From Candidatus Latescibacterota bacterium (GTDB lineage: Bacteria > Latescibacterota > UBA2968), in contig OZ242195.1 in the NCBI GenBank assembly GCA_965205975.1, forward strand, positions 4,608,001 through 4,672,000: 64,000 nucleotides of DNA, in the 5' to 3' direction. The notes under the pieces are model-generated. The model saw only the letters and a list, made by a program, of their open reading frames with translations, was not told the origin of the DNA and made no database searches. Shown here piece by piece: positions 42,166 to 52,419 of this stretch (position 1 is the first letter of the stretch; every line of letters starts with the position of its first letter). The position numbers were made by a program, and so were the translations under genes.

Positions 42166-43032
42166 TTAAGGACTCCAATTTCTCATCAGCTTGCGCCAGA
42201 CTTTTATTATCTCGTTCTTTTCTCGAATGGCATCCTCCCAGATGTCGGGAAAACAGGCGAGCGCGTATCCAGATCCCTGGGGACCCAGTTCGGGTACGAT
42301 ATGGAGTATTTTGCCCGGTTTCGCGCCCTGTAACCACGCATTGAGGGCGGGTTCCAGATAATTGGTCAGCCAGATTTTGAAATCGCGATCCAGTCGCCCT
42401 TTGTCATTTGTTACCGGGGTCTGGCAATGGCTGCCGGTAAAAGGGCGAAAGTGGATGAGTTCGTGCATTTGCAAGAGGTCGGTGCGTTCAGATAATCGCT
42501 CCCAGTATTCGTGCGGGCGGAGTTGTTTGATGATTGCCGGGTGCGAGTGGTCGAAGTTCATGCGCAGTTTCTTTTTATATTTTTTTTGGTACGCATCGGC
42601 GAGTGCAAAGGCTTTTTCCGGCGTTTCTGTGCAGGTGTCGCGATGGATCTCGATTGCGGGTTTGACTTTGTACTTTTTTCCGGCTTTGACGACTGCTCGC
42701 GCGACTTTTACCGCAGCTTTTGTTTTTGTGTCGTGATCGCACAATTGCACGTTGATGTGAACCACGCCTATGTCGGCAAATGCTTTCATTTTTGCGTCGG
42801 CTTCTTTTTTGCTGCCCACATCTACCCCACCGACCATTTCCAATCCTTGTTTGTGCAGTTCTGCGGCTAACTCGGCGTCGGCGCCAGACGACATGCCGTG
42901 AAATCCCGCTTCTTTGACTTTTCTCACTTTGGTCTGGATAGTCCAGGGATTTCTTGCAGACGGGTAATCTCTCAATGACCAGTCTGCTGCCATGATTTTA
43001 ATTTTTGGTTTTTGAACTGTTTTTTTCGCCAT
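42166..43032 (-). CDS. Xylose isomerase-like TIM barrel protein
   Basis: EAGFHG, EIHRDT, DHSH, H.R, PELGP. Confidence 0.75.
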   Translation of the reverse strand: MAKKTVQKPKIKIMAADWSLRDYPSARNPWTIQTKVRKVKEAGFHGMSSGADAELAAELHKQGLEMVGGVDVGSKKEADAKMKAFADIGVVHINVQLCDHDTKTKAAVKVARAVVKAGKKYKVKPAIEIHRDTCTETPEKAFALADAYQKKYKKKLRMNFDHSHPAIIKQLRPHEYWERLSERTDLLQMHELIHFRPFTGSHCQTPVTNDKGRLDRDFKIWLTNYLEPALNAWLQGAKPGKILHIVPELGPQGSGYALACFPDIWEDAIREKNEIIKVWRKLMRNWSP

Positions 43033-43070
43033 GTAATACCTCCGCGACTATGAATACAAATTCTGGTTTT

Positions 43071-44528
43071 TTACATCGGTCCAATGCGTTCTGGACCTCT
43101 GTCCATTGCGAGCATTGACGCATCAAAGCTGCGTTGCATTAAGTCGAGTTTTATGTCTGCATGGTCGGGATTGTCCCACAGATTGTCAAATTCGTCTGGA
43201 TCCTCCTGTAAGTCGTAAAGTTCGCCCAGGTCGTGTCCGTGATAGACCACAAGTTTGTACCGCCTGTTGCGATACATTGTGGCAAATGTTCCGTCGGCTT
43301 GATCGAGTGCATCGTAATATTCACAACGCACAAAATCGCGGTGTTCGTCGGAGGGTTGATCACCGCTGAGCATGGGTGATAGCGAATGCGGTTGCATTCG
43401 CTCGGGTATTTCTATACCAGCGAGTTCCAATAAGAGGGGGGCAATGTCGCGCAATTCGACGAGTGCGTCGCTTTTTTGTTCCGGTTTTACGTGACCCGGC
43501 CATGAGAAAATGAGTGGTACGCGCACCAGTCCTTCGTAAAAACGACATCCCTTTTGAATCAGTCCATGGTCTCCGAGAGTTTCGCCGTGGTCGCTGGTGA
43601 AGATAATCAATGTGTTGTTGCGCTGTCCAGTTTCTTCCAGTGCGGCAATTATGCGCCCGAGTTGATCGTCGATCAATTTGATCATGGCGTAATAGGCGGC
43701 GATGAGTGTTTTTGCATCGCGTTTTCCGGCTGACTCAGATTCGTGCAATCCGCGCGTCGGTGTCCTGGGGATCACGGGACTTCGTATATCCAGTTCATCG
43801 GGATGCCGCCCTTTGGACTGGAAGTCGATGGCTTGCAGTTTTTCCTGTTGCGCGAGATCGCTTTCTCGAAATAGGGGACCGTTTACCTGTGCGGAGTCGA
43901 ACATATCGCGGTACGTTTTGGGGGGATTAAATGGCGGATGCGGGTCGTAGATGTTCACAGAGGCCAACCAGGGGCCATCGCGTTGCTCGCTCAAAAATTC
44001 AATGGTTTTTTCCGCACACCATGTGGTCTGGTGCAGTTCTGCGGGTACACCATCGGGACTTTTGATGAGTTCGCCCAATATTTCGCCTTTTGATCGCACC
44101 CAGTCGGCATAATCGTGTCCGGTTTCCCAATCGTCCCGGGGTGCGTGACTGTATTGCCAGTAGCGGTATCCGTCATCTGTTCTTTTTTCTATGCGCCCAT
44201 GCGCGCTTGATAAGTGCAATTTGCCGATTAGTCCGCAGTCGTATCCATTGTCTGCGAGTATTTTGGTGACCAGGGGGGGCGCGTCTGGGAAATGCGAATT
44301 GCCATTGCCATTTACGTGTACGGCACTGGCGTATTGTCCGGTCAAAAAACTCGTCCGACTCGGTGTGCAGATCGGACTCTGGCAATACGCATGGGTAAAT
44401 GCAAATCCTTCGGCGATTAGTCGGTCGATATTGGGGGTATCCACATGGGGATTGCCCAATGCGCCAATGGTGTCATATCGCTGCTGGTCTGTACAGATCC
44501 ACAAGATGTTTGGTCTTGTTCCTTTCAT
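43071..44528 (-). CDS. Sulfatase (formylglycine-dependent)
   Basis: PNILWICTDQQR, CTPSR (CxPxR), GKLH, PHPP, TSDHG. Confidence 0.95.
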   Translation of the reverse strand: MKGTRPNILWICTDQQRYDTIGALGNPHVDTPNIDRLIAEGFAFTHAYCQSPICTPSRTSFLTGQYASAVHVNGNGNSHFPDAPPLVTKILADNGYDCGLIGKLHLSSAHGRIEKRTDDGYRYWQYSHAPRDDWETGHDYADWVRSKGEILGELIKSPDGVPAELHQTTWCAEKTIEFLSEQRDGPWLASVNIYDPHPPFNPPKTYRDMFDSAQVNGPLFRESDLAQQEKLQAIDFQSKGRHPDELDIRSPVIPRTPTRGLHESESAGKRDAKTLIAAYYAMIKLIDDQLGRIIAALEETGQRNNTLIIFTSDHGETLGDHGLIQKGCRFYEGLVRVPLIFSWPGHVKPEQKSDALVELRDIAPLLLELAGIEIPERMQPHSLSPMLSGDQPSDEHRDFVRCEYYDALDQADGTFATMYRNRRYKLVVYHGHDLGELYDLQEDPDEFDNLWDNPDHADIKLDLMQRSFDASMLAMDRGPERIGPM

Positions 44529-44547
44529 GAATGCTCCTTGATCTAAC

Positions 44548-44574
44548 GGGCGGGCACAGGGGCACCGCCCCTAC
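44548..44574 (-). repeat. GTAG-type REP overlapping the nitrilase-family stop codon
   Basis: Minus strand GTAGGGGCGGTGCCCCTGTGCCCGCCC; similar to 26426-26449. Confidence 0.6.
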
Positions 44575-45422
44575 TCCTGATGAGACGCACAATCTACTAA
44601 CTTCACACCGTCTTTCATCCATTCGCTCAGGCGCGTTGTGTCATTCACGGCTCGCAATGCGATGTTTCGCGATGCCTGATGGAGGTCTAATTTGCGGATT
44701 ATGATTTCGTCGGTGAATATGCCGGCTTCGGCTATGACGTTGCCATTTGGGTGGATGATTTTTGATTCGCCGTGGGAAGATCCCGCGCGGTTGATGTCCA
44801 GGGGGTCGGCAGGGGCGTTTGCCATGACGACGTAAATGTCATTTTCGGTTGCGCGGCTGATGGGCATGGCGCGATAGGCCGACAATTTGTGCTCTGAGGT
44901 GACAGAGCTTTCACAACTGGAGAAGAAGCAGATTTTTGCACCGGCTGCTGCGGGCAATCTCACGAGTTCGGGATATCGAATGTCGTGGCAGATTAAAAAA
45001 CAACAGGGTACGCCGCACAGGTGGTAAATGGGCAGGTGTTGCGCGGGTTCACACCATTTTTCACCCGCCAGATGTATTTTGCCATAGCGTCCCTGTATTG
45101 TGCCGTCTCGGTCTATGACGAGCAGGCTGTTGTAGCGTTGTCCGTTTTCGAGATGGGTTGAGCCGACGATTGCGGCCATGCCTTTTTCACGGCATACGTG
45201 AATAATTTGTCGTTCGGCTTTTTCAATGCGTGTTTGATCAAGGGTTGACCAGAAGTCGGGACAGTTGGAATAGCCGTATAAAACGCCTTCGTGAAATGCG
45301 GCTATTTCCACTTTTTCACGCGCACAGGTGTTCAGGCGGTCGATTACTCCATATGTATTCTTTTCGATGTTCTCATTGGCATGCATCTGACATGCGGCAA
45401 CGCGCAACCATTTTTTGGACAT
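44571..45422 (-). CDS. Carbon-nitrogen hydrolase (nitrilase family)
   Basis: E (FHEG), K (YGKIHL), C (ICHDIRYPE) triad; GESKIIHPNG. Confidence 0.92.
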   Translation of the reverse strand: MSKKWLRVAACQMHANENIEKNTYGVIDRLNTCAREKVEIAAFHEGVLYGYSNCPDFWSTLDQTRIEKAERQIIHVCREKGMAAIVGSTHLENGQRYNSLLVIDRDGTIQGRYGKIHLAGEKWCEPAQHLPIYHLCGVPCCFLICHDIRYPELVRLPAAAGAKICFFSSCESSVTSEHKLSAYRAMPISRATENDIYVVMANAPADPLDINRAGSSHGESKIIHPNGNVIAEAGIFTDEIIIRKLDLHQASRNIALRAVNDTTRLSEWMKDGVKLVDCASHQE

Positions 45423-45560
45423 GTTTTCCTCCGATCGATGGCCAGACGCGAAATATAATCACTATTTTTTAAAAATGAAGGAATTTTTGGGCGCGGAGTA
45501 ATATTTGGTTTGGCGTGTTTTGTGTGATATATTGTGCGAGGTGAGACGTTAAAGGCACTC

Positions 45561-45618
45561 GTCATCGCGGCTGGTCCCCGTATAGAAGCACTACGGGGCA
45601 TGCTTGAGCCGCGATCCA
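45561..45618. repeat. GTCAT...ATCCA element with nested CCCCGTA..TACGGGG hairpin
   Basis: GTCATCGCGGC-tggt-CCCCGTATAGAAGCACTACGGGG-CATGCTTGA-GCCGCGATCCA. Confidence 0.7.
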
Positions 45619-45661
45619 GGAGGTTTTTGCTGACTGCTGACAATTGAGAGGAGTTCATTAT

Positions 45662-47242
45662 ATGACCGGAATAAATTTGGAGCGATACAATATTACCAGG
45701 CCGCTTATTTTGCGCAATGCTTCGCCAGCGGTGCTTTACGAAGAGGCGCTGACCCACGAGACCGGATCGACTATTACGAGTACTGGGGCGCTTATTGTGC
45801 GTTCGGGAGAAAAAACTGGGCGCAGTCCAGAGGATAAACGCATTGTGCATCATCCCGATAGTGCGGACGATATCTGGTGGGGTGAGGTCAATATCAAACT
45901 CGATGAGCGCACGTTTCTGATTAATAGAGAGCGGGCTATCGATTATCTCAATGTTTGCGATCGCATTTATGTGGTTGATGGGTACGCGGGCTGGGATCCC
46001 AAGTATCGCATTAAGGTGCGGGTTGTTTGCGCCCGTGCCTACCATGCCCTGTTTATGCACAATATGCTTATGCGTCCCTCGCGTACAGAGCTTGAAAATT
46101 TTGGCGAGCCGGATTATGTTATTTTTAATGCTGGCAGATTTCCCGCGAACCGATATACGGCTGAGATGACCTCGACGACGAGTGTGGATGTGAGTTTTGA
46201 AATGCGAGAGATGGTTATTTTGGGGACGGAATATGCGGGAGAGATGAAAAAGGGTATTTTCACAGTTCTCAATTATATTTTGCCCAAGCAGGATATTTTT
46301 TCGATGCACTGTTCGGCCAATGTGGGTGCAGCGGGCGATACGGCGCTCTTTTTTGGTTTGTCTGGTACGGGAAAGACCACGCTTTCAGCCGAGCCTCAGC
46401 GTCGTTTGATCGGCGATGATGAACACGGGTGGAGTGATCGCGGCATTTTCAATTTTGAGGGTGGTTGTTACGCCAAGTGCATTGGTCTTTCGCAAGCACG
46501 CGAGCCGGAGATTTACAATGCGATCCGTTTTGGGACGGTGCTCGAAAATGTCGTTTTCGACGAGCATACGCGCGTGGTTAATTACGATGATGATTCTATT
46601 ACGGAAAATACGCGCGCGGCATATCCCATCGAATATATTCCCAATGCACAAATTCCATGTGTGAGTAGTCATCCCAGGAATGTGATTTTTTTGACTTGCG
46701 ATGCATTTGGAGTTTTGCCTCCGGTGAGCAAGCTCACGCCTGCACAGGCGATGTACCATTTTATCAGCGGTTATACGGCTAAGGTCGCGGGTACAGAGAT
46801 GGGAGTTACCGAACCACAGGCTTCTTTTTCGGCCTGTTTTGGCGCGCCTTTTCTCGTGTGGCATCCGGGGAAATATGCCGAGCAATTGGCAGAAAAAATC
46901 CAGCAACACAATTCGGATGTGTGGCTGGTCAATACGGGCTGGTCGGGCGGTGGTTACGGCGTTGGTAAGCGCATTACACTGACGAATACCCGCTCAATTA
47001 TTCGGGCGATACACAATGGTGCTTTGACAGATGTGGCGTGCGAGATAGATCCGCGCTTTGGTTTTGAGATTCCCAAAACCTGTCCAGATGTTACGGGTAG
47101 TATTTTGTCTCCGCGTGCGACGTGGTCTAATCCGTCTGAATACGATGCGAGGGCTACGCATCTGGCGCGGTTGTTTAAGGAGAATTTCAGGCAATTTGAA
47201 GATGGGGTTAGCGATGAGATTATAGAGGCGGGTCCCGCTTGA
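45662..47242 (+). CDS. pckA: Phosphoenolpyruvate carboxykinase (ATP)
   Basis: [35 protein letters not shown]. Confidence 0.97.
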   Translation: MTGINLERYNITRPLILRNASPAVLYEEALTHETGSTITSTGALIVRSGEKTGRSPEDKRIVHHPDSADDIWWGEVNIKLDERTFLINRERAIDYLNVCDRIYVVDGYAGWDPKYRIKVRVVCARAYHALFMHNMLMRPSRTELENFGEPDYVIFNAGRFPANRYTAEMTSTTSVDVSFEMREMVILGTEYAGEMKKGIFTVLNYILPKQDIFSMHCSANVGAAGDTALFFGLSGTGKTTLSAEPQRRLIGDDEHGWSDRGIFNFEGGCYAKCIGLSQAREPEIYNAIRFGTVLENVVFDEHTRVVNYDDDSITENTRAAYPIEYIPNAQIPCVSSHPRNVIFLTCDAFGVLPPVSKLTPAQAMYHFISGYTAKVAGTEMGVTEPQASFSACFGAPFLVWHPGKYAEQLAEKIQQHNSDVWLVNTGWSGGGYGVGKRITLTNTRSIIRAIHNGALTDVACEIDPRFGFEIPKTCPDVTGSILSPRATWSNPSEYDARATHLARLFKENFRQFEDGVSDEIIEAGPA

Positions 47243-47247
47243 GGAGA

Positions 47248-48504
47248 TTACAGGTAGGGGATGACCAGTGGGCCATCGGGCAAGACGGCTACGCGATTAT
47301 CCCGGGATTTTAGGTGCTCGTGTATTGCTTTATTGAGGTCGGGTATGACCTGTAGTTTGCAGGCTCGGACCTCGTCCTTATTCATTTCGGTATAGACTTT
47401 TACATTTACGCGGTCTAAGATGCCCGATAGAATTTGCGCCTGCCACTGGTCGAGGATGGGTTCGCGTGCATAGACCGATTCTATTACGTCTGCAGGGGTA
47501 TGGCCTTCGCGCATCAATGCCGCAAAATTGCCGTGGTCGGGTACGCCATCGCTGCACGCACTGGCCACCAGAATTGTTCCGCCATCGGTTACGATACGCG
47601 CTGCGGCTGAGATGCCTTTTACGGTTTGATACAAGTTTTGATCCAGTGGAAAGCCGCTATTGGATGTGACGACCAGCGGGAAGGGTGTTTCGACAGGGAC
47701 CATTGCCGAGGCTTTTACATCGGCGCACCCCTTTGCATGGGCTTGGGAGAGATCGCCCGCGTAATATCCCGATATTTTCTTTTCTGCGTTGAGTGTCACG
47801 TTGAGCAAAAAGTCCGGAGGACATAGCGCGACGCATTCGCGGATTTCCCGGTGTAGTGGGTTTTCGTGGAGTACGCCCCAGGTGCTGTTTGGGTCGGCGA
47901 TTAGTTCGGCGCGATGCAGTCTGAAAATGGTTTCAATGCTCGCCACACCGGGCGCGACGGCTTTTGGTCCGCCCGAGAAGCCCGCAAAGAAGTGCGGTTC
48001 GATAAATCCGAGGGCGATGCGCACATCTGCGTTGAGGTATTCTTTGTTCAAAAATACGGTTGTTCCATCCGCAGTTTTGCCCACCCGTTCGTTTTGCGTT
48101 TCGTCGAAGGCGTCGTGGTTGACAATGCGTACACGACGAACCAGGTCTTTGCCAAACATTTCGACAATTTCGCGCTTTGTGTTTGGTCTGTGCGTGCCGG
48201 TGCCGATCAATACGGTTACCTGGTCGGGGGATACGGGCAGTTCTTCGAGTAGATAGGGGATCAGTTGTTTGTTGGGCACGGGACGGGTGCCGTCGGATGT
48301 TGCGATTACGACGCGGTCTGAAGGTTTGACTATTTCTTTGAGCGGTTTTGTGCCGAGAGGGTGGCGCACGGCTTTGTGAAATAGCTGTTTGGGGTCTTCC
48401 AGTGCGGGTTCAAATGAGGGGCGTATTACGTCCCAGTGCGCCAGTTTGGGGTCTGTTTGAACAGATACGGCTCCCCGGCCATAAGGTATGTCGATTTGTT
48501 TCAT
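47248..48504 (-). CDS. Nickel-pincer-dependent lactate racemase (LarA) family protein
   Basis: DGTRP, GTHR, HFFAGFSGGPK, LDQNLYQTVK, DQW. Confidence 0.9.
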   Translation of the reverse strand: MKQIDIPYGRGAVSVQTDPKLAHWDVIRPSFEPALEDPKQLFHKAVRHPLGTKPLKEIVKPSDRVVIATSDGTRPVPNKQLIPYLLEELPVSPDQVTVLIGTGTHRPNTKREIVEMFGKDLVRRVRIVNHDAFDETQNERVGKTADGTTVFLNKEYLNADVRIALGFIEPHFFAGFSGGPKAVAPGVASIETIFRLHRAELIADPNSTWGVLHENPLHREIRECVALCPPDFLLNVTLNAEKKISGYYAGDLSQAHAKGCADVKASAMVPVETPFPLVVTSNSGFPLDQNLYQTVKGISAAARIVTDGGTILVASACSDGVPDHGNFAALMREGHTPADVIESVYAREPILDQWQAQILSGILDRVNVKVYTEMNKDEVRACKLQVIPDLNKAIHEHLKSRDNRVAVLPDGPLVIPYL

Positions 48505-48506
48505 TT

Positions 48507-49772
48507 TTAACCCCTTGCTAAGGCGTCTGCTGTTTGCAGGATGATTTCTTCTTCGCCCTGATATGGCGCGGGTTCCCCGTAATACGGATAGGCGTTGGGT
48601 TCGTAACCGCCTTCTTCGTATTGCCGCTCTGTACACAAATATCCCACTTCGTCATTGGCATAGCCCACAGGCCACAGGTCCTCGCTGATATCCCGCAGTC
48701 TTTTTTCCATTGCATGCCCAATTTCCTGTACGGGTTCGCCCGGTATGGTGATCAGTGCTATTGGTCCCACCTGCATCAGTTGCATTTCGGTGGGTTTTTC
48801 AGATGGGACGGTGCCTGATGCCATCATTTCCAGGACCTTTCTTGCCCAGGAACCTGTCAACAATTGTCCGCGGTCGCTTTCGTCTGTTGCCATTTTTTGC
48901 AGTTCTTCTTCGGGCATGAGGTCGCCATAAGATATTGCAATGTCGGTGCGGCGGGCAGATATGCCTTGTGCGGGTTGGGTATTCAGTCCGGTAGCTACGC
49001 GGCATACTTCATCGCCGAGTTCGTGACCGCACGCGTCCAATTGTTCTCTGGTGGCGGATGCGAATCCCCCGGTTTCGCTCAGGATGGCGGGGCGGATGTT
49101 GCCAAAGCATCCGGGTAAGAAGAGTGCTTTGCCGCCGAGGGTTTGTTCAATTCGGTTGCGGGCTATGCCGGGGTAATCGGGTGATATGATGCCGTTGGAT
49201 CCGCTGAGTGTGGTCGGGTGACAGGCGTAGTGGAATAATGTGGCGAGGGGGGTGTCGGTTTCTCCTGTTACGTGTAAGACTCTTACGCGGCGATCGACGA
49301 TTCCGCCGTAGTTCAAGGTCATGCTTGAAGCTCCAGGGAGTGGGCGGCGGTTGATGTTGAAATGCGCGGATCCGCATCCGAGACCGAGGGTTACGGGCTG
49401 GAGATTTGCGGCTGCTTCGGCTATGCACGCGGCGGTGGTTTCGACTATGCGATCCATATATTCGGGGTCGGGGGTCATGCCCAAACACGGCAATGTGGGG
49501 AGGGCGCAGTGCGTGTGGCTGCACGCTACCATTACGTTATCTCCCGGAATGATATTTGCCACTTTCGCCCGGATTCGGTCAGTGGTGGCTTTAGTTAGGC
49601 CGATGACGTCGAGTGTGGCAATGGCTATTTGTACATCTTCTTCGGCAAATACGACCGCTCGCACTTCAAGGGGGTATAGTACGGAATGCGATGGGTTGGT
49701 GTTCCAATGCCCCTGAAGCACTGGGCCGGGTTCTGGCGTGATGTCTCCGCTTGCAACGCCGCTTCGGATCAT
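48507..49772 (-). CDS. Neutral/alkaline ceramidase-like protein
   Basis: DITP, SHTH, NRR, ACHPT, PDYPG, GYAND.GY..GGYE. Confidence 0.78.
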   Translation of the reverse strand: MIRSGVASGDITPEPGPVLQGHWNTNPSHSVLYPLEVRAVVFAEEDVQIAIATLDVIGLTKATTDRIRAKVANIIPGDNVMVACSHTHCALPTLPCLGMTPDPEYMDRIVETTAACIAEAAANLQPVTLGLGCGSAHFNINRRPLPGASSMTLNYGGIVDRRVRVLHVTGETDTPLATLFHYACHPTTLSGSNGIISPDYPGIARNRIEQTLGGKALFLPGCFGNIRPAILSETGGFASATREQLDACGHELGDEVCRVATGLNTQPAQGISARRTDIAISYGDLMPEEELQKMATDESDRGQLLTGSWARKVLEMMASGTVPSEKPTEMQLMQVGPIALITIPGEPVQEIGHAMEKRLRDISEDLWPVGYANDEVGYLCTERQYEEGGYEPNAYPYYGEPAPYQGEEEIILQTADALARG

Positions 49773-50141
49773 GGTATGTCTCCTGAATTTGTACGTTCGG
49801 AATTTAATTTTTCAAATGTATCTCAGAATTGCCTTTCGCGCAATCTTCTTTGTAGGGGACAATGATTTCAACTCTTAAATTGGTAATGAATCAATATGTT
49901 CACTATTGCGTGCGCGGCGCGTTTTGATTTGTATTTGTTTTTTGAGGTGGTACTTAAATTCGGGTTGTGGATGCGAGCGCAATACCGCATATTTTAAGCA
50001 AAATGGGATGTTTGAGCTTCTTTTTTCCAATATAGGGCTCAATTTTTGAGATAGTGGCGTTTTCTGGCGCGCTATTTGCTAAAGGTCTGAGTGTTATGTG
50101 TCGTCTAAAACACATCCACCCTCAGATCCAAGGCAGTTAGC

Positions 50142-51077
50142 ATGGGAAAATACGATACCATCTCCAAACGTCTCATCCAGACCTATCCACAGGATTTTAT
50201 ACGCTTCACGCTCCAACGGGACGATGTCGAATTTCTCGCGCTCCTCGATACAGAGCAACCCACCGTTGACGCACACCGCGCGGATAGCTTTATCCGTGCG
50301 CGAATCGGCGATGAAGACATAGTGATTCACTATGAGTTTCAAACCACCGATAGCACCGATACACCCATGCCCCGTCGCATGGCGGGGTATATCGGTCGTG
50401 CGATTGAGCTTTATGATTTGCCTATCCATTCCGCTGTTATTTACTTGCGTCCCGATGCGGGGCAAAACGATCCGGGATACCATATCCAAGCGCGTCTTGG
50501 CTGTCAGTTCATTATCCGATACAAGGTGATCAGACTGGTCGAAGTAGAAGGTCAGCACGTCCTCGATGCGGGACATACCGGCTTGCTTCCGTTTGCCTCA
50601 TTGATGAAGCCACCTGAAGGGATGGGTTCTGAGGCGTGGATGCGTGCGTGTGTTGATACGGCGGCAGACCTGCCGCTGGATGAGTCTGCTCGGGGCGATT
50701 TTCTCGCTGGACTGTCGGTTTTGGGTGGGTTGGTGCATGATCGAGAAATGATTGCGAACCTTATATCAAAGGAGGGGTTGATGGATCTCATCCGTGAATC
50801 ATCATTTGCCCAATATCTGCTTGAGCAAGAGATAGAGGAAAACAAAGAACAATGGCTCAAGCAGGGCATTGAGCAAGGGATTGAGCAAGGGGAAAAACGA
50901 AGTACACTCGCAGATATCCTTGAGGTGTTGCAGATTCGCTTTGGTCTGAGCGAGATGCACCCCCTATCTGACCGCATTGCCGATATTGACGATTTGCAAC
51001 GCCTCAAGCAGTTGCTCCGTGCGGCTATTCAGGCCACCAATCTCGAAGCATTTGAACGTATGTTAGATGATGTGTGA
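50142..51077 (+). CDS. Rpn family recombination-promoting nuclease/putative transposase
   Basis: YDTISKRL, RADSF..HYEFQT PD-(D/E)xK-like motif, RMAGY, EQG repeats, helical C-terminal domain. Confidence 0.85.
   Translation: MGKYDTISKRLIQTYPQDFIRFTLQRDDVEFLALLDTEQPTVDAHRADSFIRARIGDEDIVIHYEFQTTDSTDTPMPRRMAGYIGRAIELYDLPIHSAVIYLRPDAGQNDPGYHIQARLGCQFIIRYKVIRLVEVEGQHVLDAGHTGLLPFASLMKPPEGMGSEAWMRACVDTAADLPLDESARGDFLAGLSVLGGLVHDREMIANLISKEGLMDLIRESSFAQYLLEQEIEENKEQWLKQGIEQGIEQGEKRSTLADILEVLQIRFGLSEMHPLSDRIADIDDLQRLKQLLRAAIQATNLEAFERMLDDV
50781..51077 (+). CDS. Putative intragenic RpnS (internally translated C-terminal domain, 98 aa)
   Basis: In-frame ATG preceded by AAAGGAGG inside the rpn gene. Confidence 0.6.
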   Translation: MDLIRESSFAQYLLEQEIEENKEQWLKQGIEQGIEQGEKRSTLADILEVLQIRFGLSEMHPLSDRIADIDDLQRLKQLLRAAIQATNLEAFERMLDDV

Positions 51078-51149
51078 CGTAGTTTCTGAGATCATGAAGC
51101 GGAATCAAGAAATCAATCTTACGAATCAATCAACCCTATCAATCAGGCC

Positions 51150-51267
51150 GTCATTGCGGCAGGCTTTTGGGCCGCCACGCGCAAGCACAACACCAGTAAT
51201 CCAGTGGTTTTGGTGGTCATAGGGGCACGGTTTTGACCGCTATTCGCAGCACAACACCAGTAATCCA
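51150..51267. repeat. Two degenerate GTCAT...ATCCA elements in tandem
   Basis: 51150-51203 and 51216-51267 share GCACAACACCAGTAATCCA. Confidence 0.6.
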
Positions 51268-51291
51268 TATCTGTCCACTTATAGGACAGGA

Positions 51292-52407
51292 TCAGGATGC
51301 AGCGATCAGCAGACCAGCGTTTTGCCGGAAGGACAGGGCTACGCTGTCAATATGCGGCTTGTTCTTGTAGTAGAACAGATCATCGTGGGTAAGCCCGGTG
51401 ATGTCCAGAGCCAGATTCAACATATGGGGTTGGAGGTATTTGTTCAGGTACATTCCCATTCCGGCTCCAGCTACCGTACCGGCTATGCCGCCGATCAGGT
51501 TGCCAATTCCCGGTACAAATGAGCCTGCGGCAGATCCGCCAAAACCACCGACTGTTGAAAGGACAGTTGAGATGCCGAATCGGGACATTGTAGTGAGGGC
51601 TTGCACGACTTGCATCTTGTTTTTGGTAGTGCGATCAGCAGTGCTGAATTCCTTCTCGGTTTTAATGACAGTGTATATCAGACGAGCACCCATAATAATC
51701 GCGCCTGCGTAAGGGACTATCTCTCCGATACTGTCGGGCAGATCAAAGCCCTGATTGGCACTGAGAGTTTCGAGACCATCCTCTATCCCCTCCACCAGTT
51801 CGTAGTCGTATCCTATATCGGTCATTTGGTCAATGAGTTCCGGACTACGCTCAGCAATTCTGTCGTAGATTTCAGTGCCAACAGCATAGTGTACGTCCGG
51901 ATTATCGGCCATTAGCTGTTGGACTTCACCTGCACGGTCTGCCAATCCAGTTTTGACTTGGAACAGCACCTCCTGTCCGTCCGAAGAGATAGCACTGATG
52001 TCCCAGACAGGCTGGGTAGGATCTGCAGCAATTTCTATGTTGGTAAACCCTCCTGTCTCGAGATCTTCTGCAAAGTTGAGTTCAGCCACTTTGCCTTTCA
52101 GTGTACTGAAAAATCCTGTCATGGATTCGTTGCTGCCCTCTGCTATCTCCTGCCAGTGTTCGTGAAATGATCCTTCGTAATTCCCGAAGGCCATTTCGTG
52201 GGCTTGGGCCAGTTTGTCATCTACGTTGATGGTATCAAAAATACCCCACATAGCGAACGAGGTCGCCGCTGTTGCTTCTGCCGCATAAAGCCCTCGATCC
52301 ATACTCCGCAGATCGGTGATCATATCTTGAAAGGATTTACGCTGGCCAGATTCTGGACCAGGGAGTTCCCGTAACTCCGGCAATAAGTTTAACGATTGCA
52401 TCGCCAT
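51292..52407 (-). CDS. Hypothetical protein with PD-(D/E)xK-like motif and C-terminal Gly-zipper membrane segment
   Basis: KGKVAE..PVWD..FQVKTG; GGFGGSAAGSFVPGIGNLIGGIAG. Confidence 0.6.
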   Translation of the reverse strand: MAMQSLNLLPELRELPGPESGQRKSFQDMITDLRSMDRGLYAAEATAATSFAMWGIFDTINVDDKLAQAHEMAFGNYEGSFHEHWQEIAEGSNESMTGFFSTLKGKVAELNFAEDLETGGFTNIEIAADPTQPVWDISAISSDGQEVLFQVKTGLADRAGEVQQLMADNPDVHYAVGTEIYDRIAERSPELIDQMTDIGYDYELVEGIEDGLETLSANQGFDLPDSIGEIVPYAGAIIMGARLIYTVIKTEKEFSTADRTTKNKMQVVQALTTMSRFGISTVLSTVGGFGGSAAGSFVPGIGNLIGGIAGTVAGAGMGMYLNKYLQPHMLNLALDITGLTHDDLFYYKNKPHIDSVALSFRQNAGLLIAAS

Positions 52408-52419
52408 GGTATCTGTCTC

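Noticed and set aside
45344..46309. 321-aa minus-strand ORF
   Set aside because: Antisense shadow of pckA with no recognisable motifs.
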